A stretch of DNA of 60,648 nt, counting the filler, from Piptocephalis cylindrospora (lineage: Eukaryota): assembly GCA_003614145.1 (NCBI GenBank). It is 9 parts of 9 records of this genome, joined end to end, with 100 filler letters (N's around TTAATTAATTAA, not from the genome) between each part and the next. Parts side by side here need not be neighbours in the genome. Positions count along the whole stretch, not along the records: positions 1 to 6,716 come from KZ988263.1; positions 6,817 to 13,527 come from KZ988264.1; 7 more parts are not named here. One strand, 5' to 3'. Shown here one piece after another: positions 1 through 10,827 of this stretch (its first letter is position 1; every line of letters begins with the position of its first letter). Position numbers and translations under genes: made by a program. The notes under the pieces are model-generated. The model saw nothing but the letters and a program-made list of their open reading frames with translations, ran no database searches and was not told where the DNA came from.

Positions 1-867
1 AGAAAATGAGGAAGATCAAGAAGAGACGCCAAAGGACAAGGAAACTTCTCTCCCAGGGTGGGCTGAGGAGGATGATGGCCAAGGCGAGTGGATTACCCCT
101 ACCAACGTCCTTCGTCATAAGGCAAGGGAGTACGGCCATGCCTTTGGTGATGAGGAAAAGAATAACAAGCCTGTCGATGTGTCTTGCATGACGGCTGATT
201 TTGCCATGCAGGTAAGGACCCCTCCATTCTTTTGGATGCGCATACCCTTTCCTATCCATTTCCTGCAGTCCAGCTCACTTTCTGTATTTACCCTTTTCCC
301 TTTAGAACGTCCTCCTTCAAATGGGTTTGAATCTACTTTCCGTGGATGGAATCAGGATCAAACAGGTCAAAACATTTGTTCTTCGGTGCCATGGATGCAT
401 GAAGGTTACCACCGACATGAACAAGAAGTTCTGTCCATCCTGTGGTGGACCCACACTTAACCGCGTCAGTGCCCGGTTGGATAAATACGGCAAATTGCAC
501 CTGCTTCTCAAGAGTAACTATTCCTATAACGTTCGGGGCACTCAGGTAAGCGAGAAGTGGATTCCCATTTGGCCCAAATAGAGGACTCACAAGCTCACTC
601 CCTGTTCCTTAGTACTCCCTTTCTAAGCCTCGTGGGGGACGAGAGGGGGAGAAGCTCATTCTACGGGAGGATCAAAAGGAGTTCCAGAGGAGCATGGCCA
701 AATATAGAAGACGAAAGGAAGGTGTGGATGTCTTTGATGTCGATTTTATTCCCTCCCTCCTTATCGGTCGAGGCAAAAACCCGACACCCGAGGAGCCCTT
801 CTTTGGCCATGGTCGTCGGAACCCCAACCACTCCCGAAAGAAGGTCAACAAGAAGAAGAATCATTAA
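1..867 (+). CDS. NOB1: 20S pre-rRNA D-site endonuclease Nob1, 3' part (5'-truncated; exons <1-211, 306-545, 613-867)
   Basis: Spliced translation gives DDGQGEWITPTNV...CMTADFAMQ|NVLLQMGLNL...FVLRCHGC...KFCPSCGG (Zn ribbon)...NVRGTQ|YSLSKPRGG...LILREDQ...GRRNPN. GT-AG introns at 212-305 and 546-612; TAA at 865-867. Confidence 0.93.
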
Positions 868-1177
868 TCATCATCCTGAGACAGGAAAGTATGGCTTTTT
901 TGCTGTGGGTATGCAGATGAAAGGAGAGGGGGGCGTGGGTAAGTGCATTGAAATGGACATGATCTGTTATCTCTTGATTAATGTGCGTGTGCGAGCTCGA
1001 GGATCACAAAGGGAAGAGTAGGACGATTCAAGGTGGAATTAACAAACGAGCAAGTGATCCATTGGAGCGGATGATCGATCCGGCACGGGTCGTCTCATGT
1101 AACAATACCATTTTCAACAAACATGCCTCCTCAATCCCTGCGACCTTCCTCTCTCCACGCTCTTCTATGACCGCATC

Positions 1178-3897
1178 TCAAGAATACTGAGACATTTTAT
1201 CAACGATGGACTTGACAAACTGTCGAGTGAAATCGGAATTTTCCCGTTCGATCCTCGCGAACGCATTTTTGAGCCCAACAATGGCCGTATGCTCGTATCC
1301 ATTTCCTGACTCGGCTTGAAACTATGGGGTGATATACAGGAGTATAAACTAAGGCTAGGAGACGCGGAAGAGAATGAAGGGGGAAGCACTTACTCTCCCG
1401 AGGATGGGTTCAATGATCCCAGCATACATATTGACTGGGATGGTGGATGCCTTACGACGCACCACTGTGTTTTTCTGGTAGAGAGAAGAGGTAAGTCATC
1501 TAGAGACAATAAAGTGAGCGGTGGATCCGTAACTTACATGATCATCCAGGACAGCAGAAGAAGTGGGAATGGTACCGATGCTAGAAGCAGCAGTAGAAGA
1601 GGTAGGATACGGTTCAGGAATCGATGAGCCAGTAGGAGTCTTGTACATAGGAGACCCAGAAATGGAAGAGGAGGAGGGTGGAGAGATGGATGTGGGGGTC
1701 CTAGAAGCCATACCAGAGATGACCCCAGCAGATAAAGGGCCCTTAGAGGTCACATGGCCCATTCCCCCGATTGTAGGGGAGGTGGGAGGGAGCTTGGGAG
1801 GGGGGATCTGAACAGGAGCAGGGATGGAAGGGGTAGTTGGAGGAACACCACGAGGAGCCTCCAATCCTTTAGAAGGAGCACCTCTTCCTGGAACACCATC
1901 CTCACACGTCAATCCTGTGGTCTTGGAGGAAGATTGGTTCGTGGGAAGGATGTCTATGGCGGTCATTTGGATTGCACTCGAGGGTGTCCCTGCGGATAGG
2001 GTGGGCATTTCTTTCATCACCCGGACTTTGACTCCGTCATTCGACCCATCCTTTCTTGATGCCTCATCCAACAAAGATACGGAAAGTGAGGTCATTGCGA
2101 TAGGCTGTTCCTTAAATTCTTTTGAAGCCTGAATAGAAGGCTGGCTCAGTTTATCCTTGGATAAGGAAGAAGAAGGGGAGGAAGGAACCGACGATATTTT
2201 TTGGTCCTCCTTAGGGGTTATACTAGAAGGTGTTTGAGGCTGCTTTACAGCGTCCTTGGACATGGTGGTCGAAGGAGTATTTGGGGTTGATTCGCGCTTG
2301 ACCGTCTCGAAATCCCAATCCTCTCCGTCATCCTCATCCTCCATTCCCTTGAAATTCTCATCTGGATGTCTAGAAGAAAGTAGTATGGAAGACAAGATGA
2401 GAATAAAACACAAGTGACGCCAACTCACCCATATTCCAAAAGAAAACTCACTTGGTCTTTTTTTTCTCGGGAGACCTATGCTTCCGCGGCTGCCTTCCCT
2501 GGGACCTCCAGGCATCATGCCGAGTAATGAGCTCAGTGAGGTATGCAGTCCTCTTGGCCCCACGGACAAACTTGTGCTTTGCTAACTCCTTTGATCCAGG
2601 TCTCTTGGAGACATCCTTTTGAAGGCATAACTCAACAAACTCCTTGAAGATCTTGGAAAAGGCCCCCTTGAGCCTTGGGGGATCATTCTTGGGAATGAGA
2701 AAGAGGACCTTCATAGGATGCAGCTCGGCGTGTGGGGGCTCCCCATGGGCCAGCTCAATGGCTGTGATTCCCAAGGACCAAATATCTGCGCGATGATCAT
2801 AGCCCGACTGCTTGATTACTTCTGGGGACATCCAGAAGGGGGTCCCAACAAAGGTAATCCTCTTGCTCATGGTAGCCGTCAGCTAAAGTGAACGGGAGCC
2901 GTGAGAGAGAGAGAGAGGATAATATACTCCATCCAGGGACCCTTACCTCCCCTTCCCCTAATGCACAGCTCTTACCTGGCCTGACACGCCAAAGTCTCCC
3001 AGCTTCACCTGGCCCTCCCCAGAGAGGAGGATATTAGCTGCCTTGATATCCCGATGTAGCTTTCCCTGGTCATGAAGATAATCGAGTCCCCGAAGGACCT
3101 CGCGCATGATGATGGCAATGTACGGCTCATCAAAGGGTCCAGCTTTCATCTATGGGAAAGCAGTGAGTGCATCAGCACTGGATGGAGTGAACCGTCAGGG
3201 GGATACTATAGAGACGCCTACCAAATCTGCACATGAACCACCAGCACAGTATTCCATGATGATCCATAGATCGCTTTTTTCCAGCATGGTACTATAGTAC
3301 CTATATAAAAAGGGCAAGACAAACCGTATGGTAGTGCAGGGTTGAGTGTACGATATGACATACCGCCTCACCCTCCTCTCTCCTAAAGATTAAGCCGCTT
3401 CTCCGGTGCATACTTTGTTACGTAAGTAGAATCCAATTGTGAAAGGATGGCTATTTCCAACTGAATATCATCAATCTCATCCTCGGCGGTCTCCAGGTCG
3501 ATGATCTTGATGGCGACCACCCTTTTAGTTTTTTTCTCGACGCTATGGCCGTAACCATGGAAGGTGAGAGAGGCAAGGTCAACCAAGACACATTGGATGA
3601 GACTTACGCTTTGAACACCTCGCCAAAAGAACCCTTTCCTAGATGATCAAGCAATAAAGTGAGTTATTGCATGGATTCCATTCTCTATAGCCTGGAGATA
3701 GGGGCAATAAGAGCGCTTACCAACTCGTTCTTGTTTATCGTACAAGTCGGAGGGTTTGGGTGCAATCTTTGGCGGCTAATGCATCCACCGGTGAGCAGAG
3801 CAGATTAAACATGAATAGATCGAGAAGATGAGTCGACATGTCCCTGACAGCAGCCCCTATAAAGTCTCGTTCTAGGGAAGTTGGAAGCGCTCACCAT
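1178..3897 (-). CDS. STE20-family GCK-III (STK24/STK25/MST4-like) Ser/Thr kinase, multi-exon
   Basis: Exons give [95 protein letters not shown], and a C-terminal [10 protein letters not shown]...[31 protein letters not shown] (TGA 1178-1180). Predicted first coding exon is the ATG alone (3895-3897). Confidence 0.9.
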
Positions 3898-4500
3898 AGA
3901 AGAGGGATGAGAAGACTGGTTAAAAGTGGATACGAGTTCAGAAGAGGAAAAGCACAGGGAAGGTAAGAGGAAGGAGGTGAAATGGGGTGAGAGGAGGAGA
4001 GGAGAAGGAAAGATGTCTAAGGGCGGGGGACCTGTGGGGGAGAAGGGGAGGGGGGAGGCAGGGGATGTATCACGAATCGGGCAAGCGTTCACCCATCACC
4101 TAAAGCTTCCCCCACCTACCGATGAGGACTGCATCCTCAAGGATAGATCGTATGGAGCAAGATGGAGCCTGGGAGGGATAGACAAGGTCATGTGCGGCGA
4201 GAAAAGGACCAGACCATCCACCAGATGGGACAGGTCAAAGACGGTGGAGGTCGTGGGGATATGCTGCTGAGCGTGACAACTCCGACTTAGTAGTTGTTGT
4301 GTCTCTAATTTTTGGACGAAAATCGGGGTGTGGTCCCTTTTTACGGCGGTATTTTATGCGCAGAGCACCACCCTCATCGTCCACTCAATATGAGCTGTTT
4401 GCCATATTATCACCAACCCAGGGCGGTATAAAGGAGGATAGCAGCAATGATTCATGTAATCTTAGCTGATAATCAACGAACACTACATCATACCTCTTGA

Positions 4501-4548
4501 CTTGACTTGAAAACCCTTTTTATTTTACCCATTTTGACGAGCAAAACA
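4501..4548. repeat. 48-bp dispersed non-coding element, copy 1
   Basis: CTTGACTTGAAAACCCTTTTTATTTTACCCATTTTGACGAGCAAAACA; matches 44540-44587 at 46/48 positions. Confidence 0.9.
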
Positions 4549-6019
4549 TGCCTCTACTAAAGTATACCTATCATAATAATTTAGTTTGTGAAAATGTCAA
4601 TATATTACTACTGAGGATTCATTTATTATGCAGCTAAAAAACATCAATTAGTATTAGTATTATTATGAAATAAAATACTAGCCTTAGAGATGGACTCAAC
4701 ACTCTGACAAATACGAAAAGGTAAAGGTAAAGAAGCGAAAATATTGATAATCAGAATACATATAGTAATACTCCAGTTCAATTTGTCTGGTATTTTTTAT
4801 AACAACGATTAATTTTACTCCTAATAAGTGAATTGAATGATTACATTTAATTGAAATAATGCAAGATAATTGACAAGACTCTCCTCGGCTGAACGAATCT
4901 TGGCTTAAACTCATCAGTGCTTTGATTGATGACATAGTGACGAACTGTCGTCCAGTCTAGTGGCTTTTCCGCTGTCATCATGATGCGTTGCATAAAACCA
5001 GGGCTACTCTGGGATGACTTCTACAAGAAGCGCGTCAGCATACTATTATTGTAATTATTAAGGATATTAGATACATCATCTTCTACATGCTGCTGTTAAG
5101 GTTGTTCCGTGGTCTTTTGGTGGACTTGCGTAATGCATGATCTATCCTGATGGAATGGAGGTTGTAGGATCCTCATCCAAACGCCAGGGGAGATAGACCC
5201 CGCTTACGCGTCAACAACCAGAGTAACTCCTACGCGTCCTTGACCAAGGCAGCTTGTATGCGGTGCCCCAAGTACTATGTGCGTTGGATCGGACTTGAGG
5301 GCACCAGTAGCTTCTAGAAGCGGTCCCACCTTGGCTGGACGTCAGTGTTCGGTTCTCACCGGGCCGCGCGGCACTCCTTTCCATTCTGATGGCTTCCCCG
5401 ACTGGTGGTACGAATTCCCTGGAAACAAGACATATCTAATTCATGAGTATCGTAGTGATAATAGCTTCCTCCCTTACCTTGAGGGGGGGAACCATACTAC
5501 CTTCTCATCCCGACATTCGGCATGAGCGTCCCTCTAGTTACATTAGCTATCGTGTCTCCACAGAGGAAAAATGATCAAATGGCTATAATATCCTTTTTAA
5601 AAACTCACTTTTTCCCTGTTCTGCAGGGTCTTTTCCTAATACAGACCCCATGGTAAGGGTTGCACACCTCAGCTTCACTCAGGGGAGGGGGGAATATACT
5701 CAACTACCCGGTGTGGGGAGTCTAAGAGATTTTGATTGGCTGGAGACCCCTTCTTGCCCCCGTCTCTTTGCTACACATGCTTTGCCACACAGCACCCCTT
5801 CAGGTGCACGCCCATACACACACACCCAACCCACTGCCACACACAAGCAGGCCCAGTGAGTGAGGGTGGCACACCCCTCCCCGCTCTAGCGCCTCTCCCC
5901 CCCCTTAACCGCTCCAGCACCCCGACCCCCTCCACCATCACGCCTGGGGTTCCTCCTTCCTGCCAGATACATTCACCGCCCAGAAGGGTAACAACACCGA
6001 ATTTCAACAAAAGGATTAT

Positions 6020-6417
6020 GTGAGTACCCTTTCTAGCCAAATGAGCTTGTAGAGAATATCTTGTAGAGAAGATAGACAGGGATGGATGGATGGATGGGTT
6101 CTGGGGCTGGCTGGATGGATGGATGGATGGACCGGGAGAGATGGGCGATGAGATGATTGTGTTGGGTCATGGAGGATGGTACGGCTTGACTTTTTCTATA
6201 CCTCGGGCCTGGCCTTCCTTAACTTGACCCATATCATCACTTGTCTGACTGCGACAAGTGGGGGGATGATCGGGGCCCTCCATCCATCAGTGGAAAAATG
6301 ATCTGATGCTTGCCCTGGATAGTGGTGTTGTTTCTCCCACCTCCCGCCCTGCTTCCTATCTTTATCCCTTCCATTACTAAACATCTCCCTCTTTTTCCTC
6401 CTTCCGTCTCTAAGTAG
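6020..6417 (+). other. Probable 5'-UTR intron of RPS2 (~395 nt) with internal inverted repeats
   Basis: GTGAGT donor at 6020, branch-like TACTAAAC near 6375, pyrimidine tract, tandem AAG/TAG acceptors (6414/6417) just before ATG 6420. Confidence 0.6.
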
Positions 6418-6419
6418 CA

Positions 6420-6680
6420 ATGGCTGACTCTGCACCGGCCGATAGTCGCGGCGGACGCGGCGGTTTCGGACGTGGACGCGGTGGAGACCGTGGTCGCGGC
6501 CGTGGCCGTGGTGGCCGTGGACGCGGCGGACGTAAGGACGACGACAAGGAATGGGTTCCCGTTACCAAGCTCGGCCGTCTCGTTCGCGAGGGCAAGATTG
6601 GCTCCATCGAGCAGATCTACCTCTTCTCCCTTCCCATCAAGGAGTACCAGATCGTTGACCACTTCCTCCCCCCCCTCAAG

Positions 6681-6715
<35 letters not shown>

Positions 6716-6716
6716 G
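6420..6716 (+). CDS. RPS2: 40S ribosomal protein S2 (uS5), 5' part, truncated by contig end
   Basis: RGG-rich N-terminus followed by [13 protein letters not shown]...[21 protein letters not shown]...[14 protein letters not shown]. Confidence 0.97.
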
Positions 6717-6816
6717 NNNNNNNNNNNNNNNNNNNNNNNNNNNNNNNNNNNNNNNNNNNNTTAATTAATTAANNNNNNNNNNNNNNNNNNNNNNNNNNNN
6801 NNNNNNNNNNNNNNNN
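6717..6816. other. Artificial contig linker
   Basis: N44 + TTAATTAATTAA (stops in all six frames) + N44. Confidence 0.98.
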
Positions 6817-7030
6817 CATTCAGTACACAAGGCCCTTGTTGAACAATCAGTAATCAAACCCCTGCCAGTATCTTTTTTACTATTAAAAAAAGCATCCTTT
6901 CAAATTGACAAAATGCCTCACTTCAAACTCACGGTGGAGTATCCAGCAATTATACGAATCCGGTTGCGTTGCATCCCCTTGATTTCAAGCTCTTCTATCA
7001 TCCTCCCTCCCGAAAAGATTCGTCCATTCC

Positions 7031-9428
7031 TCACCGCGTCTTGGATTTCTTCTTCTTCTTCTTCTTCATCCCTTCATCCTCCCCCACGGAGGAAGATTTG
7101 GATTCCTGTTCAGCTTTTCGCTTGATCGACTTGACCAGACTACTAATATCCGTCTCTTGCGGGATCTTGCGATGGCCCGACCCAGTCTTGCGCCCCTCCT
7201 CCTCATCATCCTCACCTTCATTGACCTTTCGATTCCTTCGCTCCTGCATCAAGTCCTCCATGGCCTTGGTCCGTTTGAAATTGGGATTGGTCGGGTCCAG
7301 GGCAAAGAGATGCGACTCGTGGACGGGGGCAAACCGCTCATCCTGCACATCCATCACAAATGCATCTTCGGTGCTTAGTGCCTTAGCTGCCTTCTTGGCC
7401 GCCTTGCCCTTCTTTCCTCGAGATTTCTCAACCTTGAGGATATCTTTCATATCAAAATGCCTTCCTTCCCCTCCCTGCGTCTTGCCTTGCACTGCCCCAG
7501 CCTCGTGTTCATCATCCATGAGAAGGAGTTCCAGCTCCTTCTTCTTCCTATCCTCCTCTTCCCTTGCTGCCCGCCGTTCCATGCGCTCAGCCTTGGTCCT
7601 CTTCTGTTTCTTCCCCTTGACCTCTCCATCCTGAGCAGAGAGATCGGTGGTGAAAGTGCTTGTATCGAAACCATCCACTTCATCATCCGAGAAGGCCTGT
7701 ACAGCTCCTTCCCCAAGGTCCACTTCGTCCTCAGAACCCACCTCTGACCCGCCTCCCTTGCCTTTGGAATCCGCCGTCTCCGCAGATGCTTTACCCATCT
7801 TGCCCTTTCGGGCTTGGCGACGCTCCTTTTGCTTACGCATATACTTTTCCAGTGGGGTTTCTCCAGCCATCGCTGAAGCTTTTTTCTGCGCCTCTTGCTT
7901 CTTAGCCTGGGACCGTTCCTCCAACTTGGCACTGACCCTTTCGGTCAGACCGGGTGCAAAGGTAATCTCCATCTCACCTTCCTCTTCCTCCTCCCGGGCA
8001 TCCGCGTACGGGTTAGCGTCTTCTCCACCTTGCAGGAGAAGTGCCCGATATTTAGCCCGCATCTCTTCCTCATTCTCCGCGCCACTATCTTCCTCCTCCT
8101 CATCCGAAGAGGAGGCTACGTAAGCCTGGAAATCCTGCTCCTCCAGCTCGGCCTCAGTAAAGTTCCTTCGGGTCACCGATGTTCGGTCCACATCATCCTC
8201 ATCCCATGTCAGCTTGACCTCAGAGTGCTGGAGGGCTAAGGTGGAGAACTCCCGGGGCCTGTATCCATCCATCATCCCAGTTGCCGTATCTCTATCATGT
8301 CCACGGGAGAGAGAGAGAGAGAGGGTGAGTAAGTGAGTTCATTATCCGCAAGGAAAGCCACTCGCTCACAGATAGTCCTACCTGGGAGTATCCTCAAATA
8401 TCACTTCATCGGGAATAAAGCGAAGGTCAAAAAAGTTGGCACTGGACTCATACTCGGCTCCATCACACTGGGTATAAAGAGTTGAAGCCGTGGCTACCGA
8501 GTCACATTCAACAACCGCATAGTAGTACCGGAGACGCTCCAGCTGATACTTTCTTAGCGCCTCTCCATCCACCTCTTCCCCCCGATCCTCTTTGACTAGG
8601 TTCTTGGTCGTGATTAGCTCTTCCTCCTCTTCCTCTTCATTATCCCTATTGGAGGAGGCGTGGGCAAAGAGCTCCTTAGGAGGGCCTTGCGTGACCTCCA
8701 GTTCCAGGCGTTCTTTGCCGAATTCCGAAGGGTAAATGGTGACTGAGAGGATCGTACCTCCATCGGGCTTGAATCCACTGAGGACAGCATACAAATCCAT
8801 GGCTCGGACATGATCCCAATCCAAGTTGACCACAGCCAGTCTCTTGGTCTCATCTCCGCGTGGGATATCCTCTCCCTCCTCCACATCTTCATCCTCCTCC
8901 AAGGTATTTTCTCCAAAAATGCCGCCTTTGCCCCTTGCACCAAGGGCAACTGTTCCGGCCTCATCCATATCCTCTTCCTCGGAAGAGTCATCTTCGGACG
9001 AGGAAGAGACGCCCTCTCCTCGCATGGGGTCATAGCGTCCTTGAACCTCCTCTTCTTCATCACTCGACTCCTCCTCCTCTTCATCTTCATCGCCGGACTC
9101 TTTCTCCTTATCGTCCCCCTTATCCAGGGTGTAATACCGCTCAAGCTCGTTCTTTTCTTCTCCCTCTACACGACGTCCACGACGGTCCACCTTGGCTATA
9201 TGGGGAGATAATGAGTGACCTCTCAAGGTATCCCTTTCAACACTTTATTCACTTACGTTTCCGGGAAAAATTGTCATCCGTTAGCGCATGGGCAAATCGC
9301 TCGTCTAACTTGACTTTGTGATCAGCCCGCTTCGGTCGACGAAATCGGGGGTCAGTGTGAAGTTTTTGGAACCGAGGGTCCGTGGTAGCCGGGGCATGAC
9401 CGGACTTTTCCTGCATTTTCTTGGCCAT
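7031..9428 (-). CDS. ESF1: Pre-rRNA processing protein Esf1 (3 exons)
   Basis: N-terminus MAKK...TDPRFQKLHTDPRFRRPK...KVKLDERF; TKRLAVVNLDWDHVRAMDLY, YPSEFGKER, LRKYQLERLRYYYAVVECDS, CDGAEYESSANFFDLRFIPD, ALQHSEVKLTWDE; C-terminal NUC153-like DERF...FALDPTNPNFKRTKAM. Confidence 0.95.
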
Positions 9429-10827
9429 GATGAAAAGGATGGGGAAGAGTGGGCGTAGCAGAAAGAAGAGATGTTTCGTTGCCTAGATATCTCGCTGTCT
9501 CCTCTGGACCACCTTTAGCTTTTCCAATGCAGACGTGGTGGGATGGTGCCGCCTAAGGTGGGGGAGACACGAGCAGAAAAAACAAAAAAAGTGAACGGCG
9601 CACATTCGCCTGCATGACCCGTTATAAATTTACGAGGAAAAAAGGCAAAGTATCCGGCAAAATTTCAATGTCTGACTGGCTCGCCTAGTGATCCCTGTGC
9701 GGAATGGTTGAATTCATCCTCGTACAGATTGCACGATGGAATCAGTGGGGGTCTGTCCCCCTAGTTAAGAATAGAGTGTGTCTAGGACGCAGTACGATAC
9801 ATTGACAAGGCATAAGATATAAACATATTATCATCCATATCTCTTGCATTGTGGGTGATTCTGAGGAAATGGCCACGAGAATGCTAGGAAAGAAGGATTA
9901 CGAGTAAAGTAGTCCATTTACGAGAAAGAGGGCATTACATTACTGATAGAAAGGAAGTACTCAACCGATCAGATGTCCCCCCCCCCTCTCCTCCTCCTCT
10001 TTCTCCTCCTCCTCCCCATACTCTTGAAGCTATAAGCAAACTCTGCTGCCACTTTTCACTCGCTCCTTTAGGAAAATGTGAGCCTGTCAACGATATATAC
10101 CAGAATCCTCCTGGATGACCGCATGATATCTCATCATCACCAGAACAGACTTATACCCATTCTAGAAGATAAGGCGATTAGCCAAGAGAGGGCACCGGAA
10201 AGATGGAGCGATACCTTGTCTCTTGATTGTACTGCTGGAAAGGATGGGAATGTTTCACCCTCCTTCCCAAAAGTCAAATATCCATATCGGAGTTGGAAAG
10301 AGAAGGTTTGGTGCGATAGATGCGCCTCCCTTATTATCCAAGAAGGTTTAACCACTCAGAGGTTGGGGTTACATTCAAGAGGGTAAATATCCAATTTCTT
10401 AGCTCCACAGTTCCAATGGCCCATAGCAATAGACTATGTTTCCTTGGGTTCAACTAGTGAGTGTTTAAAATTCAGAGCTGCTTTTTGGGTCATTTGATGA
10501 CGATGGTCGACGGTACGTAGTGAAGCCCGCCTGCTTGGCCTCCAATTCTGATACAATTCGGCTAAGAGAAGACGGAGTGGAGCAGAAGTGTCCATTCTCA
10601 TTTACTTATAAATTGGGTGTGATGCCCTCGCTCCTTATCCTCCAAGCAACCCATTTCTTTCTCCTTTTCCCCTTTTCATCATCTCCTGCTTTCTTATCCC
10701 CATCTCTAAAAAACGCTTCTCAACTAGTATCGGGTATACTTTATATTCATTCCTCATCTCTTTCAGGATTACATCTGGTATGTCATTCCACCCCCATCTC
10801 TTTTCCCTCCCATCCTTCTCAGGCGCA

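Noticed and set aside
1..9428. 40S biogenesis cluster NOB1-RPS2-ESF1
   Set aside because: ESF1 is across a linker. NOB1 and RPS2 share a contig but are separated by an unrelated kinase, and two common housekeeping genes are weak evidence.
9655..9670. RRPE-like TGAAATTTT upstream of ESF1
   Set aside because: A single short AT-rich match; plausible but not distinguishable from chance.
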